DNA from: Candidatus Cloacimonadales bacterium | GTDB taxonomy: Bacteria > Cloacimonadota > Cloacimonadia > Cloacimonadales > JAIOQZ01 | Length of the DNA: 64,000 bases | Direction of reading: 5' to 3' | Assembly (NCBI GenBank): GCA_963674825.1 | Contig: OY771587.1 | Coordinates: 1,664,001-1,728,000, forward strand | Part shown: positions 20,987 to 29,460 of the stretch, piece by piece | Numbering within the stretch: the first letter of the stretch is position 1 | Layout of the letters: each line of letters begins with the position of its first letter | Made by a program: the position numbers and the translations under genes | Notes under the pieces: model-generated | Database searches by the model: none | What the model was told of the DNA's origin: nothing | Seen by the model: the letters and a program-made list of their open reading frames with translations, nothing else

Positions 20987-21014
20987 GAGGGGAGCTTATG
21001 CTCCCCTTCTTTTT
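20987..21014 (+). terminator. Rho-independent terminator of the giant adhesin gene
   Basis: GGGGAGC-TTAT-GCTCCCC stem followed by TTCTTTTT, about 25 nt after the stop. Confidence 0.85.
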
Positions 21015-21097
21015 ACACTTTCGCGAAGTTTCGATAACAATATTGACAAGTTAAGCCATACCAGAAAGCTTTCGGCAATGTTTCTGGAGGTGCTCAC

Positions 21098-22033
21098 ATG
21101 GTAGAAATCGCACGAAGAATTTCTGTTTACTACTTCATACTGATCATGATGTTTCTGTTTGCCTGCTCCATCTATGCACAATCACAGAATGAATACCGGC
21201 TGTCGAACGGACTTGAGCTCGCTACAAAGGCTACAATCAAAGACACTGGAAGAGGCCACCCGTTTGGGCATAGCTGTATGTATGCAGCGTATCCTATTAA
21301 TGGAGTTAGCGACGACGAAACCTATGGGCGCAGCCTTTCGAATCCCATTCGAGTTAACGAAGGGGTTGACAATGGAGGTTCGAAGCGGGAGCAAGAGTAT
21401 TTTCAGACCCTTGTGGACGATAAGGGCCGCCCTATAGCATTTGAACGACTAGGGGCCATTTATCCTCCTGTCAAGTCGCCACAGTTATTGGATGTGTACG
21501 AGATTACAACAGCCAGCGGAAAAGATACGCTATTCATCGATATGTATACTCTCGAAGCTCCCCAAGCGCCGACAGGATATCGCTATGCCACTTGGGATAA
21601 GGCCGATATCGAGCAGGTTTTGGAATCGACAGATCCACTCTTACGGTATCAGTACGACGCGATCGTTTGGAATATCTGCATGGATGGGATTGCTATGTCG
21701 AACAGTGCGACGAAAGAAGAGTGTCTTGAGGTTGGACAACCGTTGATGCAGTGGATGAGGAAAGATCCGCGCTATTGCCTTAAAATGGGCGATGAGCTTA
21801 GCGGATTCAGCGAAGATATCTCGTTTATTGTGTTTACCAAGTACATAGCGCTGTATCTTGATTATCTGCATCGAGAGTTTCCTAATCGTGTTGACGATGA
21901 AAAAGTCGTCCCGCTACTCGTCGAGCAGATCAGATTGATACCGGAGGGAAAATCCCCATCGCCAATTCCATTGGGTTCGGCGACTATTGAAGGCGAAAGC
22001 CGGTTCAATGAGACTGTTCTTCCTGTGTATTGA
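21098..22033 (+). CDS. Hypothetical exported protein
   Basis: GGAGG RBS, hydrophobic N-terminal segment and TTGACA upstream at ~21043; no confident family. Confidence 0.75.
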   Translation: MVEIARRISVYYFILIMMFLFACSIYAQSQNEYRLSNGLELATKATIKDTGRGHPFGHSCMYAAYPINGVSDDETYGRSLSNPIRVNEGVDNGGSKREQEYFQTLVDDKGRPIAFERLGAIYPPVKSPQLLDVYEITTASGKDTLFIDMYTLEAPQAPTGYRYATWDKADIEQVLESTDPLLRYQYDAIVWNICMDGIAMSNSATKEECLEVGQPLMQWMRKDPRYCLKMGDELSGFSEDISFIVFTKYIALYLDYLHREFPNRVDDEKVVPLLVEQIRLIPEGKSPSPIPLGSATIEGESRFNETVLPVY

Positions 22034-22113
22034 CAACATCAAAACAGATAACTAAGATCTCTCAAAAAAACTGCAAGACTTAGGAGCTGGACGCCTTCTA
22101 CAACTAATGCAAC

Positions 22114-24324
22114 TTACTGCCTGTATTTCATCAGCTTGCGACTCATTGTGCTTTCGGTGATACCTAAAAGCTGTGCCGCTCGTTTTTGTGAGTGTTCAGC
22201 AATTTCGAATGCGCCTAAAACGGCTTCTTTCTCCAATTGGACGAGATTGAGCGTACCGGTAAAATTGCCCGATGTGGTGGCCTTCTCGCATTTCAATTTG
22301 GGTAGCGAATCACCAGTGAGCGTGTTTGACTTCTCGAGGATTACACTACGTGTTATAATATTTTTCAGTTCCCGGACATTTCCGGGGAACGGATAACTCC
22401 TCAGTGCATCGAGATACGATTTATCGATACTCAAATCGCCTCTCTTGAGTGATTTACCCGTTTCACTGATGAAATGTTCGGCCAACAGTTCAAGATCGCC
22501 GTCTCGATCTCGTAGCGGTGGGATATGAATGTGAATGGTGTTGATACGGTGAAGCAGGTCGAGTCTGAAGCGATTTTGCCGTACAAGCAGGTCGAGGTCT
22601 TTATTCGTCGAGGCTACGATCCGTACATCAACGTCGATCTCCTTATCGCTGCCGATAGCCGTAATTTTTCCTGTTTCTATGGCTCGCAGCAGTTTTGCCT
22701 GAATAGCAATGGGCATATCACCGATTTCATCGAGGAATAGTGTTCCGCCGTCAGCCTGCTCGAAATAGCCGGTTTTATCCTTCAAAGCACCGGTAAACGA
22801 TCCGGCGATATGTCCGAAAAACTCGCTCTCTGCCAGAGTCTCGGTGATCGCGCTGCAATTGACTGTAAGCAGACGATTCTCGCGACGGTCGCTATTGTAG
22901 TGGATTAATCTCGCGATGATCTCCTTGCCAGTACCGGATTCTCCGGTGATGACAACATTGACGTTGGGTATGCTCGATGCTTTTTTAGCGATCTTGGTAA
23001 TTTCACGAATACTTGCGCTTTGACCAATTAGGTTATGTTTGACCGTGCTTTGCAGGCTGGGTGAGAGCAAGTTCTGGATGCGCTCTCTGCGATGAATAGA
23101 CTCCTGAAACGTTTCCAGAAAATCGCGGTTCTGATCTCGTAGCTGCTGGTCATAAAATTCCTCTGTCAACAAGGTTGCATCTTTCTGTACCTCGAAAGCC
23201 GTTTTATATTCTTTCTTTTGCAGGTGATATCTAGCGAGGACTTTTTTTGTTTTAATCACCAGTTCATCTTCCTTATTGGCTTCGAAGTATGCCAGGGCTT
23301 CATCGATCTGCTTGCGCATGCCCTTGGAAAACTGGTTGTTCAGCAGTCTGTAGTGAATGATGTTGATAAGGATCGTGTATTTTGGAAGGACACTATCCTG
23401 CTCGCAGGCTATATCGTAGGCTATTTTGAAATGCTTTATAGCCAGGTCGTTCTTTCCTGACTGTCCATATGTAAGCGCGAGATTGTTATGTATTTTGCGG
23501 AAATAGAGCTTATTATTGAGCGATTGCAACATCGTGAGAGCTTGCAGGTAGTATTTCTCGGCCTCTTCGTACTTCTGAAGACGCTGATATGACAGTGCAA
23601 GATTGAAATAAGCCATTCCCTGTCGAACTCCCGAGCCTGTTTTGCCAAAGCTTTCGATGATCTCCTTGAATACTGCGACCGCGTTTTCCTGGTCATAAGT
23701 ATTGAGCAGAAAAAGCCCATAATCGTGCAGCGCGATGTTGAGGTGTTCGGTACGACCCGTTTTCCTGAAAAATGTGATCGCCTCTATCAGGTGTTCACGC
23801 GCGTCGATGTATTGCCCCTGCCTGAGGTAGAGTTGACCGATTGTCATCATTGCGATAGCTACTCGTAGGTCATCATGTTGCTGACTGAACATGCGGAGAC
23901 CGGTCAGAAGTTCTGTTTCCGCTTCCTGATATTTTCGCAGCGACATCTTGGTATAGCCCAACGATTGATGAATACGGGCAACGATGTTCTCCTCTTCCGG
24001 ATCCATCAGGGACAATGCCTGAATCAACAGCTCATGGGCTATCTCATGTCGGCCACACAAGCTGGCTGCATTCCCCTTTTGCATGAACACGAATCCGCGC
24101 AATGAAATGAGATTGAACCTCCCGGCTTGCTCGGCAAGTTCGTCAAATATAGGATCGGCTTCATGATAGCCGCTCTTAATGAGCTTGCCCTTGGCTACAT
24201 ACACATCTGCCATAAATTTTTCGAGCTCAGTCGATGCGATTTCATACAGTTTGTTGAATTCGTCGCTGAAAGCACTGACCTCTCCTATCACCTTTTCAAA
24301 GCGGTTCACAATTTCTTGAATCAT
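22114..24324 (-). CDS. Sigma-54-dependent transcriptional activator (bEBP) with N-terminal TPR sensor and Fis-type HTH
   Basis: GESGTGKE, ESEFFGH..GSFTGA, GGTLFLDEIG, FRLDLLHR, FPGNVREL and AAQLLGI; TPR repeats at the N-terminus. Confidence 0.93.
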   Translation of the reverse strand: MIQEIVNRFEKVIGEVSAFSDEFNKLYEIASTELEKFMADVYVAKGKLIKSGYHEADPIFDELAEQAGRFNLISLRGFVFMQKGNAASLCGRHEIAHELLIQALSLMDPEEENIVARIHQSLGYTKMSLRKYQEAETELLTGLRMFSQQHDDLRVAIAMMTIGQLYLRQGQYIDAREHLIEAITFFRKTGRTEHLNIALHDYGLFLLNTYDQENAVAVFKEIIESFGKTGSGVRQGMAYFNLALSYQRLQKYEEAEKYYLQALTMLQSLNNKLYFRKIHNNLALTYGQSGKNDLAIKHFKIAYDIACEQDSVLPKYTILINIIHYRLLNNQFSKGMRKQIDEALAYFEANKEDELVIKTKKVLARYHLQKKEYKTAFEVQKDATLLTEEFYDQQLRDQNRDFLETFQESIHRRERIQNLLSPSLQSTVKHNLIGQSASIREITKIAKKASSIPNVNVVITGESGTGKEIIARLIHYNSDRRENRLLTVNCSAITETLAESEFFGHIAGSFTGALKDKTGYFEQADGGTLFLDEIGDMPIAIQAKLLRAIETGKITAIGSDKEIDVDVRIVASTNKDLDLLVRQNRFRLDLLHRINTIHIHIPPLRDRDGDLELLAEHFISETGKSLKRGDLSIDKSYLDALRSYPFPGNVRELKNIITRSVILEKSNTLTGDSLPKLKCEKATTSGNFTGTLNLVQLEKEAVLGAFEIAEHSQKRAAQLLGITESTMSRKLMKYRQ

Positions 24325-24373
24325 GCGTCCTCCGATAGAACAAACAAGATGCGAATTAATTGCATTATGTCAA

Positions 24374-24491
24374 TTGCAAAATTGCAAGTGGGCGGTGTTT
24401 GAGGCGATAATAACTACGGTATATAGTTCGGTCTTGTGTTTTCTCTATTGACTATAGGAGGAAATTTTGTTTGACTGATGCAATTTTGCAA
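24374..24491. promoter_or_regulatory. Pair of inverted 13-bp sites (TTGCAAAATTGCA / TGCAATTTTGCAA) in the divergent intergenic region; candidate activator-binding sites
   Basis: 24374-24386 and 24479-24491 are exact reverse complements; the second site lies just after TTGACT at 24471-24476. Confidence 0.45.
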
Positions 24492-24547
24492 GGTTACTGA
24501 CGTGGAATGTGAACAGAGCTAACGATAGGATACCATGAGAGGATACG

Positions 24548-25219
24548 ATGAACGTTGATTACAGTGCCCATGAGCGGCAGTATCGGGAGTTGCGGCAGAA
24601 AGATGATCGCATGGGTTGGGGAACGACGCAGGAGAAACAGGAGCAGATCGAGCAGTTTGAGAAGATTCTTCGCGATGTCGTGTTACCGGAAGGCTCGAAG
24701 ATAGTGGAGTTGGGCTGTGGTGCAGCGGAATTGGCGATACATTTCGCACGGAAGGGCTTCAATCTCAGTGGGATTGATATCTCGCCTACGGCAATTGATT
24801 GGGGACGTCAGAATGCTGTTAAAGAAGGTGTGGCCATCGAGTTGCATTGTGGCGATGTTCGTGAGCTGCCATTCGAAGACAGCTCCATTGATCTCGTGCT
24901 TGACGCATGTCTGTTGCATTGCATCATTGGTGACGACAGGGCAGCAACGATAGGGGAAGTATGGCGTGTGCTGAAGCTGGGAGGATTGTTTGCCGGCATC
25001 ACGATGTGTGGTCCTATAGAAGATATACTGCACGAGCAGTTCGATATCGTCGATAACTGCCTCTGCCGGAATGGTCATGCGCTCCGTTATATAGGTGATA
25101 GCGATGCAATCCTGTCCGAGATAAAATCAGCCGGATTCGAAATTGTTCGCTATGATATACTTGAGGTGGATGCCAACGGTACCATGGTCTATCTGGCAGA
25201 GAAAAGGAATGAAACATGA
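24548..25219 (+). CDS. Class I SAM-dependent methyltransferase
   Basis: VELGCGAA, GIDIS and GDVRELPFEDSSIDLV. Confidence 0.9.
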   Translation: MNVDYSAHERQYRELRQKDDRMGWGTTQEKQEQIEQFEKILRDVVLPEGSKIVELGCGAAELAIHFARKGFNLSGIDISPTAIDWGRQNAVKEGVAIELHCGDVRELPFEDSSIDLVLDACLLHCIIGDDRAATIGEVWRVLKLGGLFAGITMCGPIEDILHEQFDIVDNCLCRNGHALRYIGDSDAILSEIKSAGFEIVRYDILEVDANGTMVYLAEKRNET

Positions 25220-25620
25220 ATTACTACGAAATGGAATTGATTGTTACGCAAGATGATATAGATGAGCAGGGCCACGTCAACAATGTCCGCTATCTGCAAT
25301 GGGTGCAGGATGTCTCGAAGGCTCACTGGTGCGATGTACTGAGCAAAGAACTCTCTCGCGAGTACGGATGGGTCGTCAAGAGTCATCAGATCGATTACAA
25401 GCGTCCTGCTTTTCTTGGCGACAAGCTCAAGGTTGCAACCTGGATCGAGAAATTCGATGGATATCTCAGCTTCCGCACCGTTGAGATACGAAATGCCGGG
25501 ACAGATCGCATATACACTAAATCGATAACAAAATGGTGTCTTTACGACTTCGAGACACAGAAACCCATGCGTATTCCACAGGAGATGATCGACCTGCTTG
25601 CTTCAATCCAGGCTACATAG
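25216..25620 (+). CDS. Acyl-CoA thioesterase (4HBT/YbgC hotdog family)
   Basis: DIDEQGHVNNVRYLQW and IDYKRPAFLGD; ATGA overlap with the upstream gene. Confidence 0.9.
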   Translation: MNYYEMELIVTQDDIDEQGHVNNVRYLQWVQDVSKAHWCDVLSKELSREYGWVVKSHQIDYKRPAFLGDKLKVATWIEKFDGYLSFRTVEIRNAGTDRIYTKSITKWCLYDFETQKPMRIPQEMIDLLASIQAT

Positions 25621-25686
25621 CTGCAATTGAAATTAATATTGCAGAATGAGAATAATCTTTCTCCATTTAACCATTGGAGGTGGATT

Positions 25687-25764
25687 ATGAAACTACGCTA
25701 TGCAGTTCTTCTACTTATTCTTGTTGTCGCCGCAGGTGCCCAGGAGATTGTCTGGAGTTACAGG
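25687..25764 (+). pseudogene. Probable 5' remnant of a secreted-protein gene (signal peptide only)
   Basis: GGAGG RBS then MKLRYAVLLLILVVAAGA/QEIVWSY, which runs straight into the stop of the convergent gene at 25765. Confidence 0.45.
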
Positions 25765-26478
25765 TTATTTTGTTCCGATATAGAAGATCATCGTAGCGGG
25801 AGCGTAACCATGCTCGCTCAGGCGTGATTTCAGTTGCTCTCCCTGTTCTTTGAGCGACGGGTAATCAGGATGTTCTCTGATGCGCTCAACGTACGGATCG
25901 ATCATAGATAGCAGGTGCTCGATCATTTCCGGTTGGTGTGGATCTTCGACTGGAAAGGTGAAGGGATAGGACTCAACATTTCGGAGCGGCAAGGCGTTGA
26001 TGATTTCATCTAGCAGGTCACGCGTGTAGGTTTCGGTGTGGTGAATTCCACGGATCATATCGATCTTGGCCCACCAGTGATGCAGGTCGATGTGATTTTG
26101 CTGGGACGGTGTGGGATCGAGATCGCAAACCATTTCGCGCACGATGAAGTTACCGTCTGGGCGCAATACGCGCATCATTTCGGCCAGCACTCTGTCACGA
26201 TCAGGCAGGTGGTGAAGTGAGTTCGAGATGGCTACGGTATCGAAGGATTCGTCATCATAGGTCAGATTCGATGCGTCCATAGTCTCGAACGACACCGGTT
26301 CTTCGCCGAATGCTTTGGCAGCAGCCTCAAACTGGCGATCCGAGCTGTCGATTCCTACGAACTTGGTGCAATCCTGTAAAAGTCTCATCAGTACCCGGAT
26401 AAATTCACCTCCGCCTGTGGCGACATCAAGTACTTTTCCGCCGGACATAGTTCTCATCTTCTCACATGCTGTGGGCAT
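25765..26478 (-). CDS. Class I SAM-dependent methyltransferase (Methyltransf_31-like)
   Basis: VLDVATGGG, VGIDSS, SFDTVAISNSLHH and RVLRPDG. Confidence 0.9.
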   Translation of the reverse strand: MPTACEKMRTMSGGKVLDVATGGGEFIRVLMRLLQDCTKFVGIDSSDRQFEAAAKAFGEEPVSFETMDASNLTYDDESFDTVAISNSLHHLPDRDRVLAEMMRVLRPDGNFIVREMVCDLDPTPSQQNHIDLHHWWAKIDMIRGIHHTETYTRDLLDEIINALPLRNVESYPFTFPVEDPHQPEMIEHLLSMIDPYVERIREHPDYPSLKEQGEQLKSRLSEHGYAPATMIFYIGTK

Positions 26479-26864
26479 AGCTTCTCCTTCGTTGTAGAAT
26501 AGGTTTGTGATACGTGGTGTTGGATTTAGTTGCTCCTCCTGTGAATTACCTGCAAAAGACAGTTCACAATGGGTATCGTGTCAAGTGATTCGTTACATGA
26601 CGGCTTCTGGGGAATGGAAAAGGGGACGCTCTGGGCTTCCCCATGAAGCAGTGTAATCTATTATCTCGAATCTACCAGTTTGGGACAAAATCGATTGTGA
26701 AGCCGTCGTAGAAGATCGTGGCGGCCAGGTTCATCATGGGGCACATCAGGCATACGGTACTCCTGTTTTGGGGTTTCTGACTCGGTACCGTATCCGTATC
26801 ACGCATGAAATGCTACTTGTGTCGTTTGCCAAGAGACTCCAGAATTAAAATATCGATTTTAGTA

Positions 26865-27437
26865 TCAAGGGATATGCGGTATCGGGAATTCCCAGGCTGG
26901 ATAGAGTTTTGGCTCTTTGTGCGCTTTTTTAGAAGCTATTGCAATCTCCCGGTTGAGTTTCAGGATCATCTCATACCAAGTCTTTCCACCCTTAACTGAT
27001 GATGATTTCTTGAGCAGTTTGAAATTGAGTTTTCTGTAGTAAGGTATCAAGTTTTCGCGGCACATCAGGACAATAGCGAATTTGCGGTTGTGCATCGCGT
27101 ATTTGATGATATGCTTGATCAACAAGGTGCCGTAGCCTTTTCCGTGGCATGTACGTGATACCATCAGTGACAGGATGACCAGGAGCTTGCCGTCTGCATG
27201 GTGTATCTTCATGTTCTTCAGGTCATTGCTTGAAACGAGATCGAGCTCATCCAGGCAGGCAGTAATGATGCTGCCTACGACCTTGCCGTTGTTTTCGACA
27301 ACGAACATACCTTCGGGATACTCAAGGAATCGGTCTCTGATCGTATCGAAAGAATCCTGCACAGCCTCGCTGAACGAATCCATCTCGAGCCTGTAGATAG
27401 CTTCCAAATCTGAGCTGACAGCGTTTCTGATTCGCAT
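26865..27437 (-). CDS. GNAT family N-acetyltransferase
   Basis: IRNAV..DL..I..LE, HGKGYGTLL and LIPYYRKLNF. Confidence 0.88.
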   Translation of the reverse strand: MRIRNAVSSDLEAIYRLEMDSFSEAVQDSFDTIRDRFLEYPEGMFVVENNGKVVGSIITACLDELDLVSSNDLKNMKIHHADGKLLVILSLMVSRTCHGKGYGTLLIKHIIKYAMHNRKFAIVLMCRENLIPYYRKLNFKLLKKSSSVKGGKTWYEMILKLNREIAIASKKAHKEPKLYPAWEFPIPHIP

Positions 27438-27459
27438 GTAATCATTTACCTCATAAATA

Positions 27460-27510
27460 TATGCCCACCCAGCCCTTCTCAGTTTTCACGAGAGGAGTTG
27501 GATGGGCGTA
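27460..27510 (-). terminator. Hairpin downstream of aqpZ (probable terminator or stabiliser)
   Basis: ATGCCCACCCAGC..TTCTC / GAGAG..GTTGGATGGGCGT imperfect inverted repeat. Confidence 0.5.
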
Positions 27511-27520
27511 AATCAATAAT

Positions 27521-28216
27521 CTACTTTTCTTTCCCAATCGCGCGATACAGAAATCCTCCAAGGGCTCCGCCGATAATCGGGAACACCCAGAAGAACCACA
27601 GCTGCTGGATCGCCCAGCCACCTGCGTAAATGGCTACGCCCATGCTGCGAGCGGGGTTAACGGACGTGTTTGTCACGGGAATGCTGATAAGATGGATGAG
27701 GGTAAGTCCGAGACCGATCGCGATGGGGGCAAAACCCGCCGGAGCGCGTTTGTCCGTTGCACCCATGATAATCAGCAGGAACATCATGGTCATCACGACT
27801 TCACAAACAAGGGCTGAAAACATCGTATATCCGCCCGGTGAATGCTCTCCGAAGCCATTGGAGGCGAATCCGCCGTCCAGGCTGAAGCCGGCGCTGCCCG
27901 AGGCGATCAGATAGAGAATACCGCCACCGATCGCGCCGCCAATGACCTGCGCGATGATGTAAGGAAGCACTTCTTTACCCGGAAAACGACCACCGGCCCA
28001 TAGTCCGATCGATACTGCGGGATTGAGGTGACAACCGGAGATATGCCCGATGGCGAAAGCCATGGTCAACACCGTAAGACCGAATGCGAGCGACACACCC
28101 AAAAGCCCGATTCCGACATTGGGGAACGCTGCGGCAAGCACTGCGCTTCCGCAACCGCCGAGGACAAGCCAGAAAGTTCCGAACATTTCCGCACTGAGAC
28201 GCTTGGTTAGTGGCAT
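27521..28216 (-). CDS. aqpZ: Aquaporin Z
   Basis: [33 protein letters not shown] and [11 protein letters not shown] (two NPA motifs). Confidence 0.97.
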   Translation of the reverse strand: MPLTKRLSAEMFGTFWLVLGGCGSAVLAAAFPNVGIGLLGVSLAFGLTVLTMAFAIGHISGCHLNPAVSIGLWAGGRFPGKEVLPYIIAQVIGGAIGGGILYLIASGSAGFSLDGGFASNGFGEHSPGGYTMFSALVCEVVMTMMFLLIIMGATDKRAPAGFAPIAIGLGLTLIHLISIPVTNTSVNPARSMGVAIYAGGWAIQQLWFFWVFPIIGGALGGFLYRAIGKEK

Positions 28217-28287
28217 AGTGTACTCCTTTGATGTGATTTCGGTAGCATTGCATATTGATTACAATCGTCAAGATAAATCGTATTGGG

Positions 28288-28403
28288 AAACTCCCCCCAC
28301 CCCCTCTTTGATGAAAGAGGGGGAGTAGAGAGATCGTAAGCTCTATGCTAATGGCATTTTAAGTCCCTATCTTTTTCCAAAGAGAGGGGTTTGGGGTGAG
28401 TTT
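28288..28403. repeat. Palindromic repeat doublet 1 (REPIN-like)
   Basis: Left arm AAACTCCCCCCACCCCCTCTTTGATGAAAGAGGGGG; right arm AAAGAGAGGGGTTTGGGGTGAGTTT. The arms are inverted relatives and each has an internal hairpin. Confidence 0.85.
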
Positions 28404-28734
28404 AAAATCCTAACTCATCAGTAATTGTTCGCATAACCCGATCAAGATCAAGCTTGATTTCATGATTACCGAATCGCAATATTCTGATATTCATACTGTT
28501 AATCGTCTCTGTCCGTACTTCATCGTATGTCTTTCCTTCAACCGTTTCATGTTGTTTGCCGTCGATCTCAATCACAAGCTTGTGGCTTGGAGCATAGAAA
28601 TCCGCGACATAAAATCCAATACTGAATTGCCGATAGAATTTGATCCCAAAGAACCTGTGATTTCGCAGAGCTTTCCAAATGATATCCTCTTCAGGAGTCT
28701 GATTCTTTCGAAGCAACCTGCGTCGCTCCTTCAT
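28402..28734 (-). CDS. DUF559 (Vsr-like PD-(D/E)XK) endonuclease domain protein
   Basis: RRLLRKNQTPEE..W, FYRQFSIG.YVADFY, LVIEIDGKQH, YDEVRT and ILRFGN. Confidence 0.9.
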   Translation of the reverse strand: MKERRRLLRKNQTPEEDIIWKALRNHRFFGIKFYRQFSIGFYVADFYAPSHKLVIEIDGKQHETVEGKTYDEVRTETINSMNIRILRFGNHEIKLDLDRVMRTITDELGF

Positions 28735-28758
28735 GTCGGTACGGTTGTAAATACGAAT

Positions 28759-28875
28759 AACTCCCCCTAGCCCCCTCTTTGCAATATAGAGGGGGGAAAG
28801 AAAGGTTGGTAGCCGTGCATGGCTGGTCTTTTAAGCCCCACTATTCAGACGAAGAGAGGGGTTTGGGGTGAGTTT
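28759..28875. repeat. Palindromic repeat doublet 2 (REPIN-like)
   Basis: AACTCCCCCTAGCCCCCTCTTTGCAATATAGAGGGGGG ... AAGAGAGGGGTTTGGGGTGAGTTT. Confidence 0.85.
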
Positions 28876-28885
28876 GAAATTCCAT

Positions 28886-29200
28886 TTAACTATTCCCGAA
28901 TACTGGACATAATACAGAACATAGTGGCGGTATGGCCTGAATTAAGAAGCCGACAAAGAGAAGGACTGTTCCCAAATTAATGCGTTTATTACATCTTCTG
29001 GTCGGTTCTCTGAACTTCTCCTCCCAACTTTTTGGAAACCAATATTCGGGTCCAATTTTATCCTAAGTCATATTTTCTTCAATTAGTTTGAATGATTGAA
29101 TTGCAGCCTCTACGAGAGAGGATTCCTTGTTTATTAGAAATACTGCTCCTATGGTGCTGACAATTAGTCCTAATGGGGTAACTAATGACTGATAGATCAT
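28886..29200 (-). pseudogene. Small two-TM membrane protein gene interrupted by one in-frame TAG (absent from the ORF track)
   Basis: GAGGAG RBS (29207-29212), 6 nt, then ATG: MIYQSLVTPLGLIVSTIGAVFLINKE..EENMT*DKIG..RINLGTVLLFVGFLIQAIPP..GNS*. The TAG is codon 46 (29063-29065). TTGACA lies upstream at 29250-29255. Confidence 0.7.
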
Positions 29201-29258
29201 ATTGAACTCCTCAAGATGAATTAACTGATTTAGTTATTGTGTGTCGATGTGTCAAGAG

Positions 29259-29457
29259 AAACTCCCCCTGCCCCCTCTTTGTGAAAAAAGAGGGGGGGCA
29301 GAGAGGATGATGAGCCATGCCGGTCGTGATATAGGATAGAGGAAGAGGGGATTCAGAGAGGATGGTGCTCGGATTTGGGTATTCAGGTGAAAGTTAGGGA
29401 CGTTGCGCAAAAAAAAGCCCCTCTCTTTTTGCAAAGAGAGGGGTATGGGGTGAGTTT
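29259..29457. repeat. Palindromic repeat doublet 3 (REPIN-like, longer spacer)
   Basis: AAACTCCCCCTGCCCCCTCTTTGTGAAAAAAGAGGGGGG ... CCCCTCTCTTTTTGCAAAGAGAGGGGTATGGGGTGAGTTT; ends 3 nt from the aconitase stop at 29461. Confidence 0.85.
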
Positions 29458-29460
29458 CCC

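Noticed and set aside
29063..29065. Alternative genetic code or pyrrolysine read-through
   Set aside because: TAG terminates several clear genes in the window (Nudix, aqpZ, both aconitases, citF), and no pyl genes are visible.
28288..29457. CRISPR array or classical integron
   Set aside because: The repeats are long doublets separated by whole genes. There are no attC RYYYAAC/GTTRRRY ends of the usual form, no intI and no cas.
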